Below the pieces are notes generated by a model, which was not told the DNA's origin, ran no database searches, and saw only the letters and a list, made by a program, of their open reading frames with translations. DNA of 63,580 nucleotides, filler included. It is 8 parts of 8 records of this genome, joined end to end, with 100 filler letters (N's around TTAATTAATTAA, not from the genome) between each part and the next. Parts side by side here need not be neighbours in the genome. Positions count along the whole stretch, not along the records: positions 22,114 to 35,121 come from SRR31147125_28027; positions 35,222 to 50,641 come from SRR31147125_28036; 6 more parts are not named here. One strand, written 5' to 3'. Positions 31,760 through 42,484 of this stretch are shown piece after piece; position 1 is the first letter of the stretch; every line of letters starts with the position of its first letter. The position numbers and the translations under genes were made by a program.

Positions 31760-32422
31760 TTAATATCGAATCAGACTTGACTTTGTTAATAAATCGCCGT
31801 TATGGGCGTTGATAATACATTCCCATTGTTCCACAGAACGTGCTGATTTCCCGATGATTAAATGATAGGCTAACAGAGGAGAAGTGGATGCGAAATGAAT
31901 GATCAGACTGGTTTCCCGCGCCTCATAATTTGAGAGACGGAGAGCCGCTGCCGCAGCTGCTTCTGCCTGTTTTGCTGTCAATGTCGGTTGGGTTGAAAAA
32001 TCGGCGCTCAAACTGGGGTGATAGTGTCCGCTGTACAGATATAACACGTTATCTGCGTTTATATGAAATAAAAGTTCATCCCCCCATATGGGTATGCTGT
32101 TGTGCCGCCGATGCAAAAGAATATGTCTGAAACCCAGATCATCTGTCGTGTTGCTGGCAACTGACAACTCCATGACCGGATCGGCGAGATTATAAAGCAC
32201 CTTATTTTCTGACAGATAAGAAAAAATCGCTTTTTGCGCGTCTTCACCTTTTTTAAAAACAGCGATTTCTCCTTCGATACGTTTTGGTGTATCCAAATCA
32301 CTACTCACGATATCAAGTTCCTGGTTTTGTGGTTTTGGCATATCAGTGACTTTCGATTTTTCCCCTGAAGAAGAACATTTCAGGATTGAGGTCAAAAGGA
32401 GCAATAATAGATAAAACCGCAT
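31760..32422 (-). CDS. Stand-alone FTP+PepSY propeptide-domain putative lipoprotein
   Basis: Hydrophobic leader ending ILKC; DDLGFRHILLHRRHNSIPIWGDELLFH (FTP) and WECIINAHNGDLL (PepSY); no HExxH. Confidence 0.75.
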   Translation of the reverse strand: MRFYLLLLLLTSILKCSSSGEKSKVTDMPKPQNQELDIVSSDLDTPKRIEGEIAVFKKGEDAQKAIFSYLSENKVLYNLADPVMELSVASNTTDDLGFRHILLHRRHNSIPIWGDELLFHINADNVLYLYSGHYHPSLSADFSTQPTLTAKQAEAAAAAALRLSNYEARETSLIIHFASTSPLLAYHLIIGKSARSVEQWECIINAHNGDLLTKSSLIRY

Positions 32423-32698
32423 GCCCTTCCCCTTGTTTTTTTATGAATGTTTTGGTATGATTTTCAAAAGTTCGATATAAAATGCCGTGATCACGTTTTC
32501 ATATCAAGGTATCTGGCAATAGTGCAGGATCATTTGGATAGGTAAATATGGATCATTGCTTTACCAGGAAATGGTTTGGTTCATATACAAGATGGATCAT
32601 TATAGGAATTTTTTTTAGTATTTCCAATCTCTAAATGTTCAACATTCACAATAATTTCATTATTTCAGAAAGTTTACAAATTCCCTTCTGCAAAATTT

Positions 32699-32905
32699 CT
32701 GATCGCCCCGGGAATCCTCCTGGGGTGTAGAATGGATCAGGGCATTTGCCCCACCAAAGGTTGAAAACAGGATCCACTTTAATCGTGCGCAATAAATAGA
32801 TTGGAGTACTCTTCTTTTCCATAAAAGTGTTTCGCTGGCTGTATCGTGCGGGGGAGAAAGCCCCAATTCATTACCCGCCCGGGGATGGAATCTCCAGGCG
32901 ATCAG
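32699..32905. repeat. REP/REPIN- or MITE-like element with degenerate ~55-bp terminal inverted repeats
   Basis: CTGATCGCC...GGCGATCAG perfect ends; arms contain GC-rich imperfect palindromes and GGGCATTTGCCC / GGGGAGAAAGCCCC. Confidence 0.5.
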
Positions 32906-32972
32906 TGACGCATAATATAAAAATGATTTTTTCTTTCAAGTTTGTGCTCTACAGGTGGTAAAAGCACACTCT

Positions 32973-35121
32973 TTATTCATATCGGATACTCTCTACCGGG
33001 TTGCACGAGGCAACTTTGATTGTTTGAAAACTGATGGTGAATACAGCTACGAAAAGAGCCAATAATCCAGCCAGTAAAAATAAAAGTGGGTGGACCTGAA
33101 CACGATAGGTAAAATTCTGCAGCCATATGTTCATGGCATACCAGGCAATGGGCCATGCTACCAGATTGGCTAAAAGAACAGATGTTAAAAAATCTTTTGA
33201 CAGCAGCAGAAAAAGATGAGCCACATTAGCTCCAATGACCTTGCGGATGCCGAATTCCTTGCGACGTTGTAATGCCATAAAAGAGCTGAGGCCCAGTAAG
33301 CCAAGACAGGATAAAAAGATGGCCAAACCGGTAAAAATCGTTGCCAGTTGTCCGATGTTTTGTTCTGAACGATAAAGTGCGTCCAGTTGCTCATCGACAA
33401 ACTGAAATTGAAAAGGAATGGAGGGATAAAGTTTCTGCCAGCTATCACGCATAAAGTCTATCGTTTGGGAGATATCTTGTGAATTTATTTTTACCAGCAG
33501 ATGTTCCAGGTTTTTTGTTTTGTATCTCACAACCAAAGGTTCGATTGGTTTGTGCAGGGAGCGAAAGTGAAAATCCTTTATCACACCGATAATCTGTCGA
33601 TTCATCAGTTTTTTCCCAAGAGGATCTTTCATATTCATGGCTTTTACAGCGGTTTCATTAACAAGAATACTATTATCCAAATCCATAGGGCGATCTTTTG
33701 CAAAGAACCGGCCCCCAACAAGATCATATTTTAATGTTGCGACAAGATCATGGTCACCTGAAAGCATAAAAAGTTCAAACTGGTCATCACTGGCTTTACC
33801 TTCCCATTCCTCCAGGATGGTCGATACAGGCCTTTCAAAAGGTGGTTCTGATATCGCAGCGGCATTCAAAATGTGCGGATGATTTAAAAGCTCAGATTTT
33901 AATGTTTCAACTTTTTTGCTGCTATCACCGGCCAGTTCAAGATGGACAAGGTATTCTTTGTCAAATCCCAGTTTTTTGTTTTTAATATAGTGCAATTGGT
34001 TGTAAATAGTGAATGTCCCAATGATTAAAACGGTTGCAATGACAAATTGTACAATAACGAGAATTCGTCGAAAGGAGACATTTTTTCTGCCGGTTGCGGA
34101 TGCTCCTTTGAGAATATGAATGGGCCGAAATGAGGAAAGAAAAAAGGCTGGATAGCTACCGGCAAAAACTCCGCATAGCATGACAAGTCCTAAAAGACCA
34201 GGAATCAGGGACCAGTCAGAAAATGATAAGGCAAGGGATTTATGGGTAAAATTATTAAAAGAGGGGAGAAGAAACACAACGGCTATTGAAGCCAGGATCA
34301 ACGCTAAGAGACTGTAAAAAAGGGATTCACCAATAAACTGTAAAAAAAGTTGAAAACGATGTCCACCCACAACCTTTCGCAGGCCTATTTCTTTTAAACG
34401 GTTGGAATATCTGGCAGTAGATAAATTCATGAAATTGATGCAGGCTATTAAAAGAATAAAACCTCCGATAAGTGAAAACAGATAAACATAACGAATATCA
34501 CCGATTTGTGATGAACTGGTAAGATTTCGCGAATATAGGTGAATATCTTTAAGCGGTTGTAGTGAAAGGCTGGTAGGTAAGGTCCCATGTTCCCTAATAA
34601 TACCTTCAATTTTTTCACCGAGTGCTTTGACATCACTTTCCTGTTTAATCTCCACAAAGGTTCGAAAAGCAAAGTGATTCCAGCCTTCTGTCGGGATCCC
34701 CAGGTCTTTGAGTTTAACAAAAGGAAGGAGTGCATCAAACTGGAGGTGTGAATTATGGGGTATGTCCTTTAAAATTCCGGTCACCTGAGCAGTATGCTGA
34801 TTGTCAATTTTTACTATTTTCCCAAACGGATCTTCCTGACCAAATAATTTTTTTGCTGTTTTTTGTGTCAGCAGAATGGAATTAATGCCTTGCAAAGCCG
34901 TTCGAGTGCCACCGCTTAGCAAGGGAAAGCTAAACATATCAAGAAAAGCCGGATCAACAAATGAAATATCACATGTAACGGGTGAAAGATTTTCCCTCTG
35001 CACAAGTTTATTTGAGAATCCCCGCACACGTACTGTATTCAGGATGTCCGGGTAATCCTGCTTGAGAGTCAAGGCCAAATCAGGTGGATTTACAGTAAAG
35101 TTTATGACCTTGCCACCGGCC
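32973..35121 (-). CDS. ABC transporter permease (MacB/FtsX-like, two FtsX domains), 5' truncated
   Basis: LQPLKDIHL, LLIACINFMNLSTAR..KEIGLRKVVG, GSYPAF, CLGLLGL..QRRKEFGIRKVIGA. Confidence 0.92.
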
Positions 35122-35221
35122 NNNNNNNNNNNNNNNNNNNNNNNNNNNNNNNNNNNNNNNNNNNNTTAATTAATTAANNNNNNNNNNNNNNNNNNNNNNN
35201 NNNNNNNNNNNNNNNNNNNNN
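35122..35221. other. Artificial contig linker
   Basis: N-run with TTAATTAATTAA. Confidence 0.99.
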
Positions 35222-36024
35222 GCCGCTTTTCTTTTACTATGTTTTGTTTGCCATTTCCATGCAATATCCAGGTGTGCATGGCCAACACTGATCGCTTTTG
35301 GATAGGATTTAAATGATGTGTCCGAATATAATTCCTGACGTATGAAATCATTCGCACGAGCGATAGATTCAAAAAATCCAGTTTCTCCGATACGCAGAAA
35401 ATCCACCATAAGCAGTGATTCCTGCAGGGCACGAAAAATCCGGGGACTTTCCTCGTGGTTATCTCCACCAGCTATATATGCTTCAAATGCATTTTTAACA
35501 TTATAATAATACTCTTCGACATCTTTATTTATCACCATCAGTTCAGCTTGTTCAAATATGTGCTGGTGTTCCTCCAAACCACTGAACGCCTCAACAGATA
35601 AAAGATGGTTTTCTCCGGCAGAGATGAGATCCCACAGATGGATTTCATTACGTCGAACACCCACACTTTGTAATGGTTCTCCATCCAGATAGATCATAAG
35701 TTCATATTCCCGCAGGTCTCCGCCTTCACTGCCCTTAAAGTAAAAACGTTTGCCGGGTTGAAGAATAATGACATATTTGCTATTTTTCACATTATCCGGC
35801 ACTTTAAACGGGATTCGAAACCAGGTAATTGTATCTTTTCCACCCCATGGTTGATCCAGAGAAAATTGTTCCCAGGAACTGTCATCATAATCCGGATGTT
35901 CAGCTCCCGTTATTTCTCCGGCTTTAAACCTTATATTGTCCAAAGGTGAAACAAGTGTGTAAATATATTCTTTAATTGTCAGAATCTTTTTTTCAAGATT
36001 TCGACTCTGAAAGTTTATGTCCAT
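35222..36024 (-). CDS. Alpha-mannosidase (GH38), 5' part
   Basis: WGGKDTITWFR N-terminal module and GH38 motif VGHAHLDIAWKW at the contig edge. Confidence 0.8.
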
Positions 36025-36105
36025 TTTCTACTCCAATATAGGTATATCCTGTCTACGCGTTTCATCTTTTAACTTCCATAAAATCAATTATCTTGTCATA
36101 AAAGG

Positions 36106-38694
36106 CTAATTTGCTGCTTCGACTGTTTTGTGAAAGGCCTCCAGATGAGGCAAGCCTCTTTCAGCATAATGCGTTATGCCTTCACGCTTTACAATACGGC
36201 TGAAACGTTCATAGGTACCATCATATTTTGCTTTACCAGGTGAGCGCTTGCATTTTAGATACATTATTGGCAGGCGTACCATTTCGATTCGTTGCCGGAT
36301 GGATTCATTATCAGCCACAGCCTCGGCCTGATCAAAGATATTCTCTGCTTTGTCTACAAGCTCGTCTGAAAATATATTATCATCCGGATTCAAACCAAGG
36401 TGAATATGTGTGTCCGGAGTTACCTGATCATGCAGCAGATCAAAATACTGACGCACATATTGACCGGCACGTCCGTAATAGCCATACATAAAATCATTTA
36501 TTACAGGATTTACATCACATTCCGGATTCCACAGTAATTTTGAAATAACATAGGCACGTAATTCAGCAAATTCTCCACCGCGACTTTGATAGGCTGCCTG
36601 TTCCATGATGCCAATTGCTTTATTATCCCGAAACGTTTTAATGTTTGATTGCAGTACGCCAAAATTTGGATATGGCATGATGTAATGGCTGAAATTTACA
36701 ACATAATCCCAAATGTAAAGATGGGGAGAAATGGCTGCCCATCCTCTCAAGTCCTGCAGGAATGATCCATTCTCAGGGCAAGTCTTAAAATCGTGTGCAA
36801 AACAACATTCAATGCTGCATAGCCTTATGACAACATTTTCTTTTGGACGAAGAGTTTTACAGGGTTTTCGTGTATATTGATAAGCCAATGTTCCTACATA
36901 CTTTTCCGGGAATTCATCTTTGATTCGTTCTGCCACTTTATTAACAAACCAGATCAGTGGTCCTGATTCGCTCTCCTCCTGTCTGGCAATAGCCTGACAT
37001 TTCTCACACTGGCATGGATTACGCCAATCGTTTTGCGATACGGAATAGATGAGATTATTGGGATTTTCCCGCATGGTTTTTTTGAGTCGTTCCGTAACGA
37101 TATCCAATACATCCGGATTTGTGAGACATAATTGAGCGTGATCAAAAGTACGTTTACCATCTATGAGACTATAATATTCAGGATGTTGGTTGAAAAATTC
37201 ACCTGGTGGCATAAATCTGTAAAATGTGTGCACGGCCCAATATGCTTCCACACCACCTGTTTGCTGGCGATAGTTCATAGCACCGTTTATTTTGTTACGA
37301 GCAGCCCAGGTTGGATTAAAAGCTTCATAATAAAAATCATTTCGGACACGTATTCCAGGTGAATCTGAATAATTTAACAGATTAAACGAATACTTTACTT
37401 TTTTAGGGATCACGCTCACCTGAGGTGTGTACCAGCGACAACCAAATTCACGCTCAAGAAAAGTCATTACGCCATACATACTTCCACGTTCCTTACCACC
37501 CCAAATAACAATAGAAGGTCCCACATTTTTATAGGTAAATGATTCGTCGGTTGGTTTCGGTTGACTTGCTGTTGAACCGAGTAGTGCTGCGGAACGCTTA
37601 TTATAGCCGATAACAATTTCGTATTTGTGTGGTTTTTCTGTGTCAAAACGGACGGGGATTGTCGCGCCACTTATTTCTTTGAGCCAATTATGAAGTTCCA
37701 GGGCTGCCCATTGTTCAGATTCAGAAGCCTCAGTTCCAATGACAATAACATATTTGGATAAACCTTTATCAAAAAGCGTAAAATTCATTCTTTTGCCTGC
37801 AGAAAACGGAATCTCTGTATTCCATTTTTTACCATCTGCAAGTACTCCATTTGCAACAAGCTTGTAGTGAGCATAATTCTCTACAGGAACTTGCAGGCGC
37901 ATTTGCTGTTTTTGATCCCACTTTTTTTCCCAAAAGATACGATTCGGCATCTCATTTGAATATACTTTCAGGTGTACATCTTTTAACAGGTGTTCACTCA
38001 TGGATTTGGGTTGGGTAAAATGGAGGGTTGCTGTACCATCATGACTTGTAACAATTCGAAAAATACGGGATTGTTCTGTCATGGGAACGTCTTCTAAAGA
38101 TAAAAAACGTGCACAAAAGCTCCATATGCCACCTCTCTCTTCAACTTTGAGAAGAATTGAATTTTTACCTTTGTTCAGTTTAACTGCAATCAGATCATCA
38201 TCGGTTTTTAAACCACGTCCTTCGGGATAATCCCAAATCTGTTCGCCGTTTAACCAGAGTCGCCCACCATCGTTTGTTCCAAGAGACAAGAAACAAACTT
38301 TATCAGAAGGCGATTCAATCTCTTTATAGGCATATGCAACAAGACGAGCTTTATCGGATAGTGCCTGGTCTAAATTTATTATGTGATCCTTTGAATTATA
38401 TTTGAACCATTTAAAAGATTCACCTTTAAAAGTCGTAATTTTCCCTTCCTCAATGTCGAAATTAGACTCTCCACCATGATCTGCCAGATAATCTGTTTCA
38501 AATCCGGGTATATGTTCAAAATCAGGTGTTCCTTCTGAATAATCCTCAAGAGCAAAAGGTCCACAAAGAAGCCATGATTGAATCCACTGCCCCATCTGTA
38601 TTGTATTCTCTGGGACGTCTGCATGTACGGTAACGAAAAAAAAGCATGTCAAAAGTAAAAATCCTGTCAGAACCGTTTTTTTGATATAATTCAC
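36106..38694 (-). CDS. DUF4838-domain protein with N-terminal PA14-like and GH67/GH20-N-like domains
   Basis: Signal peptide; WLLCGPF, LGTNDGGRLWLNG; G..RGSMYGV..FLE..GCRW; HTF, HPEYYSL, QLCLTNP, SQND, C.CEKC, TLAYQYT, YIWDY. Confidence 0.8.
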   Translation of the reverse strand: MNYIKKTVLTGFLLLTCFFFVTVHADVPENTIQMGQWIQSWLLCGPFALEDYSEGTPDFEHIPGFETDYLADHGGESNFDIEEGKITTFKGESFKWFKYNSKDHIINLDQALSDKARLVAYAYKEIESPSDKVCFLSLGTNDGGRLWLNGEQIWDYPEGRGLKTDDDLIAVKLNKGKNSILLKVEERGGIWSFCARFLSLEDVPMTEQSRIFRIVTSHDGTATLHFTQPKSMSEHLLKDVHLKVYSNEMPNRIFWEKKWDQKQQMRLQVPVENYAHYKLVANGVLADGKKWNTEIPFSAGKRMNFTLFDKGLSKYVIVIGTEASESEQWAALELHNWLKEISGATIPVRFDTEKPHKYEIVIGYNKRSAALLGSTASQPKPTDESFTYKNVGPSIVIWGGKERGSMYGVMTFLEREFGCRWYTPQVSVIPKKVKYSFNLLNYSDSPGIRVRNDFYYEAFNPTWAARNKINGAMNYRQQTGGVEAYWAVHTFYRFMPPGEFFNQHPEYYSLIDGKRTFDHAQLCLTNPDVLDIVTERLKKTMRENPNNLIYSVSQNDWRNPCQCEKCQAIARQEESESGPLIWFVNKVAERIKDEFPEKYVGTLAYQYTRKPCKTLRPKENVVIRLCSIECCFAHDFKTCPENGSFLQDLRGWAAISPHLYIWDYVVNFSHYIMPYPNFGVLQSNIKTFRDNKAIGIMEQAAYQSRGGEFAELRAYVISKLLWNPECDVNPVINDFMYGYYGRAGQYVRQYFDLLHDQVTPDTHIHLGLNPDDNIFSDELVDKAENIFDQAEAVADNESIRQRIEMVRLPIMYLKCKRSPGKAKYDGTYERFSRIVKREGITHYAERGLPHLEAFHKTVEAAN

Positions 38695-38801
38695 TGAACA
38701 CTCTCTCTTTCAATCGTTTTACGTAACTCGGTTTAATGTTCATAACAAATAATAATTTTTGTTAAAACAAAAATCAATTACAATTAAATTAAAGTAATGT
38801 T

Positions 38802-39653
38802 TTAATTGTTTCCTGCAAGCCACCTAATTGCTTGAACAAAGGATTTGCCGTAATTCTCCCATTTTTGAAACCCGGCACCCCAGTGAGGAGAAATGTCTGA
38901 TGCAAATGCCATGCTTCTACCTTTACCAAATTCACCAACAACAACAAATGGATCACCATACTCCTGCACTTTGGCTAATACTTTTGCCTCAGGTTTGGCA
39001 ATTATGCGGTTATAACCCGTAAATACAGGACAGGTTTCCCAATTTATATCTTTTGTGACTGGATGATCATTTACCAGTGTTTTGATATGAACACCCTGCG
39101 GCGCTTCCCGCCTGTCATCATTGACAGCAAGACATTTAACAGGTAACGCCTCTTCGACTGGAGTTCCTCCCCAGTCACCAATCCCACGACGTCCGGTAAA
39201 GGATTCCCAGCCACCAATCATAATAAGACCGCCACCATTACGGACAAACTCACGAATAGATTCCAGACGATTGGGACCCATTGGTGTGTCCTGCATCCGG
39301 TCCCATGGATAAAGCACCAGAACTTCCTGTTCAATATCAGAAAGTACGACAACATCATATTTGGCAGCAATGGCTTCGGGAGTTTCAGGAAATTCTTTAA
39401 GAGCCCGCCAGTTGGTCATATGTTCGACTGTAATATCCATTTCAGCATTTAACGCATCCAGCACAGGTTGACACCAAATATGAACTTCATAGCCCTTTTG
39501 CTCATAATAAAATGGAGAAGCAATAATATTGGGTCCCAACATAACACCGGCATCACCGACATATAAGACACTTATCGCTTTTGCAAATGAATTAGCGGGA
39601 AGAGTAAATAGGAAAACAGTTAATAGTAATAATAATGCTATATTTTTTTTCAT
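38802..39653 (-). CDS. Class I glutamine amidotransferase-like (DUF1355-type) protein with signal peptide
   Basis: YDVVVLSDI, FVRNGGGLIMIGGWESF, TPVEEALPV, DDRRE.P, GKGRS.AFASDISPHW. Confidence 0.8.
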   Translation of the reverse strand: MKKNIALLLLLTVFLFTLPANSFAKAISVLYVGDAGVMLGPNIIASPFYYEQKGYEVHIWCQPVLDALNAEMDITVEHMTNWRALKEFPETPEAIAAKYDVVVLSDIEQEVLVLYPWDRMQDTPMGPNRLESIREFVRNGGGLIMIGGWESFTGRRGIGDWGGTPVEEALPVKCLAVNDDRREAPQGVHIKTLVNDHPVTKDINWETCPVFTGYNRIIAKPEAKVLAKVQEYGDPFVVVGEFGKGRSMAFASDISPHWGAGFQKWENYGKSFVQAIRWLAGNN

Positions 39654-39701
39654 GAGTTAATCCTCCATTAACAGGTCAATTATGTATTAATTAATTTTCA
39701 T

Positions 39702-42343
39702 TTAATCTTTAACTTTTTTTGTGATCAAGCCCATTTTCCTGAAATTTTCAAGCGCTGGTTGCCAGGTTCCATCTTGAGCAAACAAATAATATGAGAAAAA
39801 GGTGGTTGTACCATGTTTTATTTTTACCCATGGCTGTAATTCGGTGTAATAATACGGAGTTGGGGTGTTATTGGGATGATTATTCCACATATGCATATAC
39901 ATAGCATGATTTACCGGGTACCCGACAATAAGACTCACATCCATTTCTGTATCGTGTCCGGCAACCCAGCCTTCGTTAAGGAAAAATCCATTCCCATAAT
40001 ATCTCTCCAGTTCAGGACGCCGCTCTTCAATCTGTTGCATTGGGAAATAATAGACGTCTTCAGGACCTGTAGAGGGCCCTAATTCAACAAGGGGATTGAT
40101 GCCAATCATATTAATATTAGAAACCATATCATTAAATGCATAACGCACTTCCAATACTTCGCTGTCGGCATATAAGGTGATTATTTTATTAATTTTACTT
40201 CCATGAATATCAGACCATACACGGACTCGCACATAAGGACCTGAGTCCTGAAGTATTTCATAATTAAAAATAATGTGTCCACCAATAGTTCGGTAGCCAA
40301 TAAATTCTTCCAGTCCGCCATAGGGATAGAATGCACGGTATCCTCTTGGTTCATCTGCCCAGGGAGGTTTTTCAGGCCATAATTTAAATAGTAAATTTTC
40401 ATTTCTTTTTTCAAGATGTATTCGATTACGCGCCCACCAAATAAAAGAATAGTAGCCCGAATTTTAGAATTTTCCAGCACTATTTCAGGGATATCGTCAT
40501 TATTTAAATCTTCCTCATGTACAAAAGCCGTCGATTTTTGTGATTTTATCGATATTTTTCCTTCGCTTGTTTTATTGAGAGCTGTTACTCTGGCAATATA
40601 CTCCCCTGAATTGAGTTTAAATGAAAAACCGGATTCTTTTTTCTCCCATTTTTGTACATCCACTGTGATGTTTTGTACTAGAACACGCTTTTTCTCTTTG
40701 GCCGTTATAATTTCACACGTCACATTACATGTCCTGTTGTCGGTATAATTCCAGATTGTAACAGGATAGGTAATTTTTTCAGGCACATCCAGGATTAGCG
40801 GATGAATTTCAACAGGATTTGGAATAAAAACATGTGACAGACAACGTTTTTCACCATGTGGCGTCTTTAAAACAACCGCTATCGGATTATCCTTTCCACA
40901 AGCCATAGTTGTACAATGGATATTAAAAATCATTTCACGTGTTTCATTTGCGGCAAGAGAAATGGGAATACTTTTTAAATTCTCTCCGATTACTATTCCA
41001 GGTGATAATTTGAAAGTCATATTAGCGTTAAGAGATGAAGCCGTTCTGTTTTGAACAGTAACGTGCAAAAAATCATTTTTTACTATTGCATCGACAGATA
41101 TTAAATCGTTAAAATGTTTTTGTAAAAAATCCTGTTCTAGTAACAAAATACGCAATGGATCGAGATAATCCTTCGGCCCAAGCATCTGGCCATTGGCAAA
41201 CACGGCGACAGCTCTTTTTTCCATGATCGCTTTCATTATTGTCTGCTGATTCAGGGGCATATTTTTTTCAATAAACAGCACCATTGCCGGAGGTGGATTT
41301 GTATAAATGGTTTCCGCATTGGTAATAATGGGGGCATCCAGGGAATCTATCAATGCTTGTTGAGATGGATTTGTCACAATATACCCACTATAACGTTGAT
41401 TCAATTCACCATTTAAGCCGGAAAGATGACTGAAATAGAATCCATTGTTATTATCAACAAAATCCAGGCACTCTTTTATTGTATTATCCTGCACATCAGG
41501 ATAGTGCTGCATACCATATAAAACGCCACCAGTGACATATTGGCCAGGGTAAAATTCAAATGGAAATTGAATCTCTTGCAAGGACTTGTTAACAGATTCG
41601 GGGATATAACGATCATTATATCCACTCAACATGACCCATGAACAGCCTATTTGCAGAGCCTTATTAATTAAATCATAGGGAATATGATTAAATGAAGGCG
41701 TGATCATCAGATAATTGCTGTGTACACCAGCTAATCCTTTGTACAAGCTATACCTGTCAATGACATTTTGTGCTGATGTTATGTTTGCAAAAAGTCTTTC
41801 CGCTTCCTCATGCGTCTGACCGGCGATAACGAGAATTGTTCTCTTTTCATTGCAGAGATAAAAAGCTCGATTGCGTCTGTACTGCAATTCCCGTGGTATT
41901 TTCGCATTCAGTTTCCGCATGATCGGATCACGATCCATGGCTATTACAAGAATATTGTCCTCTGATAATTTTTGCAGCAGTTCTTTTTCGGACGGAGACT
42001 GTAGTATCACTGGATCGCTTTGATCAAGCATGCCAATGAAGCCTTTTTGTATCCATAATTCTTCCAGGAGTAGTTTGTTACCAATGGCCATTTCCAATTG
42101 GTGACGAGCACTGGATGATTCCTGATTCTGAGTAAGAAATATACTACTATTGGTGTACCAGGTCCACGAATTACGATCCCAATAATTGGAGTAACCCTTA
42201 AAATCGTAATGTAACGCCCTGGTATTTATCAAAGCATTATTTCCATTTGAAAATTGAAATTCAGTACAAGTGTCAAACGAGGCTGTAAAACTCATAGAAA
42301 CCAAATTCAGCATCAGAGCAGAAAAAAGAAAAAGTCGCTTCAT
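39702..42343 (-). CDS. Large secreted hypothetical protein (apparent frameshift at 40406-40411 joins two ORFs)
   Basis: MKRLFLFSALMLNLVS leader at 42343; one extra A gives YILKKRNENLLFKLWPEKPP...YGGLEEF continuing into 39702-40232; C-terminal LENSKIRATILLFGGRVIEY resembles a mutarotase-like fold. Confidence 0.7.
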
Positions 42344-42484
42344 AGTCCATACCCATTTAATATAATATATTCTACTATTGAAAAAACTGGAATACATGAA
42401 TTGAAAAAATAACATTATTCAGGATTTAGTACTTATCCTGATCATGCCAGGCATTATATCATCACATAATAAAGTAAACTATTC

